Below are positions 52,484 to 64,000 of a stretch of 64,000 nucleotides of DNA, in pieces. The stretch is from the NCBI GenBank assembly GCA_002269645.1, contig NIVC01000432.1:341003-405002 (forward strand). Reading direction: 5' to 3'. Made by a program: the position numbers and the translations under genes. Positions within the stretch are counted from its first letter, which is position 1. Each line of letters begins with the position of its first letter. The notes beneath the pieces were generated by a model. That model did no database searches and was not told where the DNA came from. It saw only the letters and a list, made by a program, of their open reading frames with translations. Source of the stretch: Macrostomum lignano (Eukaryota).

Positions 52484-52939
52484 ATAATCGAGAATTAATT
52501 TGTTGAAGTATACTCAGCAACATTGAAAAGTCGCCACCCTTTGCTCAGTGAGCAGTGCCTTTCGACCACTGTCTATCGCATGGCCAGCGATTTTTTCAAG
52601 CAAGACAAAATCCATGTTCAAGCTTCAATCCATCCAATCTTCGCCCTCCGCTCTTTCCAATCTCTCCTCACCCAGCCCAACTCTACGTCGCGTGGCGCAA
52701 GTTGCGTCACTCAAAAGTCAATACTGAGCTGGAATTTACTGCGCACCTTAAAAGGTGGGGAATTTTTAATGTTGTTGAGTATATTAGCAGTTTTACATCG
52801 CTTTTTTAGGCAGAGCGAGTCAAGTTTTAGGGAGGAGTGAACGTTTTTGGAAAATCGATAAAGTCCCGCAGCTCCTTCCGTTTATCAATCCTTAAAACAT
52901 AAACCTAACGTTCAACAAATTTCTCATTTTGAGAAACCA

Positions 52940-53850
52940 ATATGGGTGATTTGGCATGGCCTATGGGTGATTCTCGGACTGCCTATGGGTGATTCTCAAG
53001 ATGCCTATGGGTGATTCTCAAGATGCCTATGGGTGATTCTCAAGATGCCTATGGGTGATTCGCAGGCTGCCTATGGGTGATTCTCAGGCTGCCTATGGGT
53101 GATTCTCAGGCTGCCTATGGGTGATTCTCAAGATGCCTATGGGTGATTCTCAGGCTGCCTATGGGTGATTCTCAGGCTGCCTATGGGTGATTCTCAGGCT
53201 GTCTATGGGTGATTCTCAGGCTGCCTATGGGTGATTCTCAGGCTGCCTATGGGTGATTCTCAGGCTGCCTATGGGTGATTCTCAGGCTGCCTATGGGTGA
53301 TTCGCAGGCTGCCTATGGGTGATTCTCAGGCTGCCTATGGGTGATTCTCAGGCTGTCTATGGGTGATTCTCAGGCTGCCTATGGGTGATTCTCAAGATGC
53401 CTATGGGTGATTCTCAAGATGCCTATGGGTGATTCTCAAGATGCCTATGGGTGATTCTCAGGCTGCCTATGGGTGATTCTCAGGCTGCCTATGGGTGATT
53501 CTCAGGCTGCCTATGGGTGATTCTCAGGCTGCCTATGGGTGATTCTCAGGCTGCCTATGGGTGATTCTCAGGCTGTCTATGGGTGATTCTCAGGCTGCCT
53601 ATGGGTGATTCTCAGGCTGCCTATGGGTGATTCTCAGGCTGCCTATGGGTGATTCTCAGGCTGCCTATGGGTGATTCTCAGGCTGCCTATGGGTGATTCT
53701 CAGGCTGCCTATGGGTGATTCTCAGGCTGCCTATGGGTGATTCTCAGGCTGCCTATGGGTGATTCTCAGGCTGCCTATGGGTGATTCTCAGGCTGCCTAT
53801 GGGTGATTCTCAGGCTGCCTATGGGTGATTCTCAGGCTGCCTATGGATCA
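52940..53850. repeat. Minisatellite, 22 bp unit (GCTGCCTATGGGTGATTCTCAG)
   Basis: Visible tandem array. Confidence 0.96.
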
Positions 53851-54871
53851 TTCTTAAGCTGCCTAAAGGTAATTCTTAAGCTGCTGATAAATGCTTTAAC
53901 AAGATGATGGCTATACATGATTCTTAAGGCTACTTACGAGTACGTGCAGTTTGCAAAATGAGAACAACCACAAACTGCACTGTAAAACGCCTAGGTAAAA
54001 TTTTGTTTTATTAGGAATGGCATAGTAGCACTATAACAAAGATAAATAATAGGTGAGTATAACAGAGCTAAATAGATGGGAGTGAGTTAGATATTTTGCT
54101 AAGATTAGAATACTTATATTAGGCGCAATGTAATAAAACAAGTTACAAGTACAGTGAAAAGTACTTTATCAGGCCACATAAATTTTTTTGAAATTACAGA
54201 GACTTTATTGATGCTACATGTATAACAAATTGAATTTGATTCACTATGTAGCATGCAGACACGTGCAGAGGAGCATAATACGAGCATGACATGATTTTTT
54301 TATCGCGCCAACAAAAAACTACACAAATATCTAGCAAAGCATGTCCTTCGCATATTTTATATTTTGCTGTCAGTTGAGTCGATTGATATCCATTGGTGGC
54401 ATTTTTTAATATTAATAATCCTGGGATGAACCAGATTCTGTAATACTCTCAGACTCTAATAAAAGTTAGATTAAAAAAACTGACGATCGTATATTTCACT
54501 GGTGGCAAGATGATAGTGCAAGTTCCAGTGGTAATTCCTGTTCATATTTCATAATCAACTTTAAGGACTAAATCTTAAAATACAATTTAAAAAATTGCTT
54601 TAAAGTTTTCAAAAAAACTGCGCAGTGCTTTAACAAAGGCGCGAACCGGTTCCAACACGGGCAAAAACATGGAAAATCTTACTAATCACCCAAAAGTACT
54701 AACCTATTACATAATAGTTAAAAGCATTTAGGCAAATGTTATCAATATTGCATGCAGCTGTTTAATTTCAAGCTCGAAACACACACGCAGTTACAATAGT
54801 ACATTAATACCCATGCTTTAAGGGCGTTAATGGGAAAATCAGAAGGTGCCGTTGGTATTACTATCATTGTG

Positions 54872-55122
54872 CCATAGACATTTGTGTCCTTGACAAAGTG
54901 GGACAAAATTAGCGGGCAGTTAATGACATTATGACATACTTATGTCATAAGTACTGTCATAAGTATTGTCATAAGTTATGTCATAAGTTTGTTAATGACA
55001 AACTTACTTTGCATTAAAGTAAGTTTGAAATAGACAATCGGGCCTTAAATGCCATTAACTGCCCGCTAATTTGAATTAAAGTAAGTTTGACTCCTGCAAG
55101 CGGGCTTAAATGTAGTCTATGG
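54872..55122. mobile_element. Small element bounded by CCATAGAC...GTCTATGG with an inner 20 bp inverted repeat
   Basis: AAATTAGCGGGCAGTTAATG / CATTAACTGCCCGCTAATTT, plus internal GTCATAAG repeats. Confidence 0.5.
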
Positions 55123-55909
55123 CTTTACAAGGCAGGAATAAGTGCCCAGCGGGCACAAAGGTCATGGTAAAATAATGTTGATATACTCGTAACTACCAAA
55201 AACTATAGTGCATAAAGTGTATTTTTTTATTTTGTGACTCAATGCTGACAAAAGTTTTTTAGGTATAATTTTTCGATTTATAGGTGTGATTCTTGGAATA
55301 GGCGCTGTCTATGGGCGATTCTCGAATAATTAATTAAGAGTACCTTTCACTTCTAAAAAATTGTTCATTAAAACAATATTATTTAACGTAGCGCTTACCG
55401 TTTACGAGCTGTATACTAATAAACAAAAAAGTGTTCTAACACTGAATAAGTGAGCACAAAGTGTTTGAAACCCAATTCAATAAAATTAAAGTGAGCAAAT
55501 ATAATTATTACTGTATAATAAAATTACTAATATAATACAATTACTACTACTTATAAAATACTTTAGTACAGAACAACTTACCATGATTAAAATATATTAG
55601 AACTATACTGTTATATATTACAAATAAGAAATAATTAATCCAAAAATTATATTACTAGGCACTGCAGAGACGGCACGTATGAAATTCAAGTATATTAGCA
55701 AATCATCCAAGAATTAGCTTGCTGAACAAGGAAATAGAGAAGCTTCCTTGCAATCAAGAGAGGAGCAAAGGCAATGAAATAAAATTCAGAGCAAATAATT
55801 ATTTTACATGCATTATTATTATTATTAATATTAATATTATAATTATAATAAATAAATAAATATAATAAAATATTAATATTATATTGATCGTACTCGTAGT
55901 TTATTCTCA

Positions 55910-56390
55910 ATGCTATCTATGGGTGATTCTCAGTGCTATCTATGGCTGATTCTCAGTGCTGTCTATGGGTGATTCTCAGTGCTATCTATGGCTGATTCTC
56001 AGTGCTATCTATGGGTGATTCTCAGTGCTATCTATGGCTGATTCTCAGTGCTGTCTATGGCTGATTCTCAGTGCTGTCTATGGGTGATTCTCAGTGCTGT
56101 CTATGAGTGATTCTCAGTGCTGTCTATAGGTGATTCTCAGGCTGCCTATGGCTGATTCTCAGGCTGCCTATGGGTGATTCTCAGGCTGCCTATGGGTGAT
56201 TCTCAGGCTGCCTATGGGTGATTCTCAGGCTGCCTATAGGTGATTCTCAGGCTGCCTATGGCTGATTCTCAGGCTGCCTATGGGTGATTCTCAGTTCTAT
56301 CTATGGCTGATTCTCAGGCTGCCTATGGCTGATTCTCAGTGCTGTCTATGGGTGATTCTCAGTGCTGTCTATAGGTGATTCTCAGTGCTG
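55910..56390. repeat. Minisatellite, 22 bp unit (TGCTRTCTATGGGTGATTCTCAG-type), same family as 52940-53850
   Basis: Visible tandem array directly downstream of receptor copy C. Confidence 0.95.
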
Positions 56391-56635
56391 TGTCGCAGAA
56401 ATCGCGGTCGCATTCTCTTTCTGTGCGAGAGGACCTAAGGTTCGCTTCAAGGAGCGGAGTGGCCTCGCTAATTCCATGGGGAATACGAGCGCTCGTATTA
56501 CATCAGGAATCGCAGCCTAAGAACTACCAAGACGCACACGCACACACTTGGGTTGCTTGGACCCAAGTTGGGTTGCTGTTAAAAGGCGCGCGCAAGCGCA
56601 GATTTGCATAGAACAGCGAGTCCGCGAGGGTCAGA

Positions 56636-58699
56636 TTACGCTCGAGCTGCAGCATCATCCGTGTCATTTGCAATTAATTTATCCTCCTTTCCAGCAGTTG
56701 CGGAATGTCTCGCATCCTGTTCAGTCTGTTTCAAGGCGTGAGCCTCCGCTTCGTTAGATTGCCGAGCGGCTGCACTGCAACAGGCTAGCGAACCGCGGCG
56801 TCGTAGAAAGAAAAAAACAAAAACAAAAAATAAAATGCTGAACAAAACAATTGGAAATATAATCGCGATAACGATTTTAGAACTCAGTCCGGACTCAAGT
56901 ACGTCTGGGGATGGTTTGGGAGAAATTGGCGGAACTTTTGATGAAGGCTCAGCTGTTGTTGTTGTTGGAGGCTGCGGAGTTGGCGGCAGAGGCAGGGTGT
57001 CACAAGATGTGAACAGCTGCGGATGCAGGTCACCTTTTGTTGCAGGAATCTGCTTCAACTCGATCATGGCTGGCAGTTTAGATTCCATCGATTCGCAGGT
57101 GAAATTCACCGAGCCACCGCTGCCCCAATGCATGGCCACAGCACAACGGTTGAAGTATTCGAATTTCGAGCTCGATTTGAAAAAGCTGAAAGCAAAAAAT
57201 ATTAAAATCACCGATAAATGCAACAAATAGAAGTCTACTCTTCGTCACGGCTACGCACAACAGTACATCAGTAAGTAGCTCATACTGCTTACACAGAAAA
57301 GTTTCTCAGAGCAACACCGCAACCGGCCTGCGGGTCGCAGTACTGGGCAGACTTGAAAACGGCAGGCGGACTGCTAGACAAAATATCTATGAAATAGCCG
57401 GTCCACATGGAGCCAGTCAGGCTGAGCGGAGACTCGAATGGGAACTCGCCAGCTCTGTCCGAGTCTGCAATGATTGGGATACCAACAAATCGATCAACAG
57501 GCGATAAAGCATGTCATATCATAAACGCAATACTCACTTCTCTGAATGAACGGACGGAAAAAGTCTGAGTTGTTTCTGTTTTTAGGAACAGTGAAGACGT
57601 TGCCAAGGTAATTCTTCGCGATGCTGAATGCCTCAGTAGGTGTCATAGGCTCAGGTGTTATCAGATAGCAGGAGCCCTCAAAGAACAGCATGGTCCTGTG
57701 GCAATAGTCTCTGCCCAGCACCTGCACATCCACCTGCACTCCCTTGGCGTTGGACCGGACTTGCTTATCGTCAGAGCGGAACTCCAAAGCCAGCTTGTAC
57801 GACCTGAGCAAAGGTAAGAGAGCAAATATGATGATGAATACTTCAGAGAATAACCAGTCCAAAATCACAGATGCTTCAAGACACTCACGAGTCCCACAAG
57901 TTCACAATTTGGCTCTTGACTTTCACTGATTTGTTTGAGCACCAGGACTCATTTCGGTACGTGGCTGAAATGAAGGAATACAGTTAGAAAACAAAAAATG
58001 AAGTTCGTAAAATTATAATTCAGGTTGAGTTGAAATGGCTGAGAAACTCACTATCGTTCAGTTTTAACTTCAGGCTGAACACATCAGCCTTGGTATTGGA
58101 GACATTGCACTGAGCCTCAGACACATCGTTGGTGTCAAAGTCGATAACGGGCACCCGAATGTACATCTGTCTCGGTTTATCGTAGTTGGAAGGCTGCAGA
58201 GTCCACTTGCACTGCAGGTTCACCTGGTAGCCTGGCTCGTCTCGAACAAATGACATCACCTGATGCGTAGAATTTGATTCACTTTGCGGTTTTATACAAT
58301 TTTTGATGGCAAATACAAAAATCAGCTAACAATTGCCAACCAATTAGCAACTAGCGACAGCCAACCAATCAGAAAATAGCAAGTGCTAATCAATTGGAAA
58401 TTACTAAGTCATTAACTAAAAACTATCAGGATCCTTTTTACAGGTCCCTATATTGATAGCAATTAAAAGGGTAAATATTAAATTACCCTCTGTGGATTAT
58501 CGTCACCGATTTCAACAGAGATGTCCTTCATCGCATTGTTCATACAGTGTTGATCTTCTGAGCTGACGTACACTATAAGTCATAAATTGAATACGAAACA
58601 ATTTGTTTACTGTGAATGCAATAAGAGTAGTATTATTAATTGGAATTTTTACTTACACGTCAAAAGCAAAACCAGTAGAATAACGCACTTGCACTTCAT
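56636..58699 (-). CDS. Receptor copy C: signal peptide-CUB-CTLD-like-P/T stalk-TM-tail, intact, ~466 aa
   Basis: Exons 58699-58657, 58572-58487, 58259-58052, 57964-57889, 57803-57538, 57464-57293, 57185-56636 (1401 nt, same phases as copy A). TM IVIAIIFPIVLFSILFFVFVFFFL followed by RRRGS. Confidence 0.82.
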
Positions 58700-59138
58700 T
58701 GTACTCAACTCATGCACACAACAGATACCATTTTTATATCACATAATATAAGACCGAAAGTTATTTAAGGTATGGCTAAGTAAAGCATTGGTAATAGACA
58801 ATGCTACTCGATAAGCTGATAAGACTACTGCACTGTTGTATCAATAAATAGGAAGGTTTATTAATAATCAACATAACTTATTAAGCTATAGCCTTTTATC
58901 AAATCCACAGAGCAAACTTGCATCCAAGCTACTTTTAGTTCAGTAGAAAATCAAATTGAAGTATTTTAATGTATTTTATGTCATGATTTGTCGATCGCCC
59001 CTCGCTTAACACATCCGCCTAGTCTTTCACTGTCTGCCCCGCCACCGCCGCAATTCTTTATAGCCTTGTCGGTTGTTACGACCAAGGCTGCAACGTATGT
59101 ACATTATATTATTAGCTAGCTGAACGTTGGCTAATGTA

Positions 59139-60352
59139 TTGGGTTGTAAAAGTTTCGAGCGTTTTCTTTAAACTTCTAGAACTTTATCTAGAGAAATTTC
59201 TTAGAATGTTCTATGGGGGTATATAAGAGTGACCAGTGCGCACTACCAGATCGACTTGGTTATGATCAACCTTCACCTAAAATGGCTACGCAACAACACG
59301 ATCAACGTTACCTCATTCGAGCATCTTTACTTTTCTGCTTCAAGCTGGGCGACTCAGCAGGTGAGGCGCATCGCAAGTTATGTCAGGCGTATGGCGAGGA
59401 CTGTCTGAGCGAGCAACGCTGCCGTGCCTGGTTTGCACAGTTCAAGAAGGGTGACGAATAATTCGAAGACAAGGAGCGCTCTGGTCGTCCACCTGAGCTC
59501 GATATCCAGCAGTTTGCCCTGCTTGTTGAAGCTGAGCCAAATCTCACAACACGTGAAATGGCAGAGTACTTCAAGGTCTCTGCCATGACCATCAACCGCG
59601 GCCTTCATCAACTCGGCTAAGTGCACAAGCTTGGTCGATGGGTTCCGCACGAACTTTCACGTGAGAACAAGGATCAGCGCATCATCACATGCACCCAACT
59701 CCTGTCCTATCGTCGCAACCCAGGATGGCTTGATACCCTGGTGACTGGCGATGAGAAGTGGGTGGCCTACTTCAACATCACATGCAAGCGCCAGTGGCTT
59801 GGCGTGGGGAATCAGCCACAACCAACGCCCAAACCTGATCCACACCAAAAGGTTATGCTGTGCGTCTGGTGGAATTCCAGTGGAATCGTCCACTGGGAGC
59901 TCCTGCCTCGTAACACCTGCATCACTGCCGATGTCCACTGTGAGCAGCTGGACAGACTGCACCAGGCTATTGTCAAGCAGCAGGGCGCTGGCGCGAAAAT
60001 TCGATTTCTTCACGACAACGCCCGACCTCAAGTGGCGAAGAAGACACGGCAGAAGCTGCTCGAGCTGGGCTGGGAAGTTATGCCCCACCCTCCATACTCG
60101 CCTGATCTTGCGTCATCAGACTACCACCTGTTCCGCTCTATACAGGACCACATAAATGGCGTGACGTTAAAAGACGAGGAAGTTGCTGCTGCCTGAGTTA
60201 TTTAAGAAGGGCATCCACGATCTCATCGCCAGATGGAAACAGGTCATTGATCAGGATGGTGATTATATCCTGGAATAGAAACTGTTATGGGACTGGAAAA
60301 ATGAATTCAAAGTTTGAGTACAAAAACGCTCGAAACTTTTGTTACAACCCAA
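59139..60352 (+). mobile_element. Full-length but defective mariner (D,D34D-type) transposon
   Basis: TIRs TTGGGTTGTAA(CA)AAAGTTTCGAGCGTTTT, TA at 59137-59138 and 60353-60354. Transposase from ATG 59282 with WVPHEL, TGDEKW, HDNARP, YSPDL; in-frame stops at 59459, 59618 and 60194. Confidence 0.92.
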
Positions 60353-61314
60353 TACATTACGGCTGCACCAATAGCAAATTGTTTACGTCTGCAAGTCACT
60401 GCAAAAAATTACGCATGCTTTCTTACTAATTGAACTGAAAGTAAAGAAAAACTATTATAGCAAGACAATATGCCTAAGTGGCCCATCTATTTTTAAACTT
60501 TTAATCCATACACTTATACTAAACTTCGCTAGTTGTCTATCCGTTGCTATGGTTACACCGTAGAAGCCAACGAAATACGGTACTATTGTGCGGCATAAGC
60601 GACTCCGACAAGCTCGTAAATTCAACATACTAAAGATGTGCTGAGCATCTGAGATCTGATATAATCTTAATTTCTAAACCTAAATATTAGGAAGATAGAA
60701 AATGAGTAAAAAGCAAAGCACTTGTCATTTTTGACGAACAATCAGACTTATTGCAGGTAAAGTTATATATTTTAATAAATAAAGTTAATAAAAACGGACT
60801 GCTATGCTTAGTGTCGCAACCGCAAGTGAATTATAGTGACAATGCAATCAGTATAGCCTTCTAGGTAGTTTAGACTGATCCGCAGTTCCACTGATCCAGT
60901 TATTAGTTTTTATCGCTGCTAAAGCTGAATAAGGAGGCTTGGCCTCATGACCGTGAGTCGCTTCTGCTGTTGGCTAACGCAGCATGAATATATTTACCAA
61001 TATTACATGAGTCGCTAAGGTTTGAAAGAAGGAGCAAGCCACTAACCGATGCAGAGGTCACAAAGCTGAATAATACGTTGCGAAACATAAAAATATTGCA
61101 AGTAAATTACGCAGTTTGACAGCTTTTAGTGCATAAAATTAGTATGAAACGCTGGAGCAAAAAATTAAAAAGAGTTTGGTTTGCACCAATTGATTGCAAA
61201 ACTATTTTTTGTATTAATTAACAAATTTTTCTTAAAAAGAAGAGCTTAAATGTATAACGCTGTGTATAATATAATTAAACCGGGAAATACATAACATCAA
61301 TGTCGTCCGTTTTC

Positions 61315-61714
61315 TACGTATGAAACATTCGCCGACACTCATGCAGACACTTCTACAGACACTTCAGCCTCTGTCGTACGAATCGTAGGAACAGGCATTA
61401 AATTTGTTTATTCCTTACAAACTACCAGTAAACTGCTTTATTTTAAGCTTTTTTTTCTTTATTTTATTAAATATGAATCATGAAATTTGTTATTCTGCAT
61501 AGATTCTCTTCACGTGAAGAAGAATGTTAAATTTGTCCAGGACACTTCCTAATTCATATTTAATAAAATAAAGCAAAAAAAAGCTTAAAATAAAGCAGTC
61601 TACTGGTAGTTTGTAAGGAATAAACAAATTTAATGCTTGTTCCTACGATTCGTACGACAGAAACTAAAGTGTCTGTAGAAGCCTCTGAACAAGTGTCGGC
61701 GAATGTTTCATACG
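61315..61714. mobile_element. Foldback/MITE-like element: ~160 bp inverted arms around a ~75 bp spacer
   Basis: CGTATGAAACATTCGCCGACAC...TTAAATATGAAT is inverted as ATTCATATTTAA...GTGTCGGCGAATGTTTCATACG. Confidence 0.75.
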
Positions 61715-62404
61715 TCGTTTTCTCGCAAAATACTTTGCTTTTGCAACGGCGAACACGGAGAAAACAAATTTAAATTGTAAATCATGTCCAAAGCGTTTGA
61801 AGAAATGACTCTTCTTCCCCCGTGTCTGTGCACTATACTTTTCTGCCCCAAGCCAGTGCATCTTTTGTTAACTTTCCGCCAGATGCCTGCGAATTCCGTA
61901 TATCTGAAATAGCGTAGCTACCGAAAAAATATAGAGCAGTCTCAGAAAGCAGCTGTGCAAATTTTACCTTCCCTCTAGTCAAAACATGGGATAGATCATA
62001 TTCCATTGATAGCATTTAGAACGTGGCATGCAATTGATATACAGAAAAAAACATATTTCACATGCACGTCAAAGGATATTTCGAGACATTCTGCATCTCA
62101 ATTCGAGTTTTAACAATACACCATTGAATGCAGCACTTAATATAAGATTATAGATAAAATGGGCATAGAAAATGTTCCGTTTTTAGAAATAGTTATAAAT
62201 ACTAGCGCACCAAGCCCCCAATGGGGCATTCAAGTTCAAAATTAAAACGGAGCACCAAGTGAAACCATTAAAATCATCCGAATATTTGACCAACTTCGAA
62301 TTCGATTTTTTCATCAAAAAAGTTATGTATGACCGCCGAAGAATTACAATTTTAAAGCTCCACCAGAAGGTTTAAATCGACCAGAAGGTTCTCGAAAAAA
62401 TCAA

Positions 62405-62473
62405 CCACAGACAGAAAGACAGACAGACAGACAGACAGAAAGTCAGACAGACAGACAGACAGACAGACACTCT

Positions 62474-62547
<74 letters not shown>

Positions 62548-62690
62548 TAGTCAGACAGACAGACAGACAGGCAGACAGGCAGACAGACAGACAGACAGAC
62601 AGACACTAAGACAGACAGGCAGACAGACAGTCAGACAGACAGACAGACAGTCAGACAGACAGACAGACAGACAGACAGTCAGACAGACAC
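62405..62690. repeat. (CAGA)n microsatellite
   Basis: Visible run. Confidence 0.96.
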
Positions 62691-63154
62691 AAGGATAAAC
62701 AGCTCAAAATCAGCGCATAGATGACTCATGATCTATTGAAATTAAAGTACACCCTGTGCGAGCGTGTAAGGGCTCTCAAGTGCTCAGGGGTCAGAGGCAA
62801 TAATCAAGAGTTGTTAGACTCCTCGCAGGCGGCCCGTGGGTCGAGTGCCTAATGCTAAAGCTATAGGCCACACTGGAAACTTGTCGGTACAAAAGCAACC
62901 AAGTAAAAGGGCAGCTTGAATGTCTGTGTCTGAGAATAGAAAAAAACTAATTTGTTAACAATGCATACTTAGCATTAAAGTTTGAATTGCACAATATCAA
63001 CCCTTTACTCGAGATTTATAATATAATTTTACTAATTATTGACCAGGTAACGTGACACAACCAATTTTGATTTGCAGTAGAAAAACGAACAAACTCTTCC
63101 AAACTCATTGTTTAGAAGTTTTTGTTTTGCCGTCGTTCATACCAACAGATATGT

Positions 63155-63896
63155 TCAAACTGTCGGGTCGGTCTTGCTCTGCTGAGAAGCCTCCCCATCC
63201 TCACCGCGTGCATTCAGAGGCACTTTCTCCGGTCCAGCAGGAGTCTCAGCTTCAGTTTGGCCACCGCTTTGCGGGCTGGCTCTTCTTTTAAAGAATATTA
63301 CAATGGCAACTACAATTACGGCGATTATAATAGCTACTATGACAACTAAAGCGATAATAATGACAGTCTTTGTAGACTGAGGCTCGGCTTCAGTAACAGT
63401 TCTTGTCGGTGCGGAATTCGTGTCGAGCTGCTTCTTAGGCAGCGTGTCGCAAGTGGTGAACAGTTGCGGATGCGTGTCGCCTTTGAAGGCGGGAATCTGC
63501 TTGAACTCGATCAGAGCTGGTAGCTTTGAGCTCAACGATTCGCAGGTGAAATTCACACGGGAACCACTAGTAATCACCATGGCAACGGCACAAACTGACT
63601 CCACAGCCTGGTTGACAGTGCTACTGATGTAGCTAAAATACGTATAAATAGGACAATAACTGATGACCTTAGCAAAATTCAAGGCAAGGCTCTAACAAAA
63701 CTGAGATAAATATTTTATAAGGTAACTCACACAGTCATATTTCGCCTCTCGTGACAGCATTTCTTACCCGGGTTCATAAACAGGGCTCCGTTGACGGGGC
63801 TCTGGGCTGGCAGATCCACAAAGTAGCCGGTCCACATCTTTCTGCCGACGAGGGACAGCGGAGACTCAAATGGGAACTCACCGCCTCTGTCACTGT
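63155..63896 (-). CDS. Receptor copy D: last two exons (distal CTLD-like part, stalk, TM, tail); gene continues beyond the window
   Basis: Exons 63896-63731 and 63632-63155 with the family phases; FPFESPLSL..MWTGY and FTCESL..LPALIEFKQIPAFKGDTHPQLFTTCD match copies A-C. Confidence 0.8.
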
Positions 63897-64000
63897 CTAA
63901 AAAATAATAAAATTCAATGAACTAAAAATCTACGAGAAGCGCTTCAAGAGTTTTTGGACTAATGTTTGAGAAAATGTAGCAATTTCATAAAAGTATTCTC

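Noticed and set aside
59459-59620. Stop-codon read-through or recoding of the mariner transposase
   Set aside because: Plain TAA stops with no recoding signal; ordinary decay is the simpler explanation.

Overview
Eukaryotic (metazoan) genomic DNA with GC-rich exons, GT-AG introns and most introns filled by minisatellites. The style suggests a free-living flatworm such as Macrostomum, but that is inference only. No prokaryotic genes, CRISPR arrays, rRNA or tRNA genes were recognised. Genes, left to right: (1) the 3' part of a Par-3/bazooka gene (+, 3258-13475; PDZ3 and the aPKC-binding RRSMSEK motif); (2) an orphan terminal exon (-, 16563-17101); (3) a CERKL-like ceramide-kinase-family gene (+, 18687-~24300); (4) a Q-rich orphan (-, ~25357-26168); (5) a three-exon orphan (+, 27843-30075); (6) a complete four-exon CYP2-clan P450 (-, 33794-36508) plus a relic of a second copy (~38.1-38.6 kb); (7) from 40 kb to the window end, a tandem minus-strand array of 7-exon type I membrane receptors (signal peptide-CUB-atypical C-type-lectin-like domain-stalk-TM-short tail). 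The array has two intact copies (A, C), a broken chimeric copy (B), a copy cut by the window edge (D) and an unrelated TM/NPxY exon. The intergenic DNA holds a defective mariner, an IS630/Tc1-derived long-TIR element, a LINE 3' fragment and many hairpin/MITE-like elements sharing a CCATAGAC/GTCTATGG motif. The best candidate for an undescribed system is the receptor array: its central exons 3-5, introns included, are nearly identical between copies while the distal lectin part, stalk and tail diverge. All exon models were derived by hand from splice signals and phase continuity; no database searches were run.
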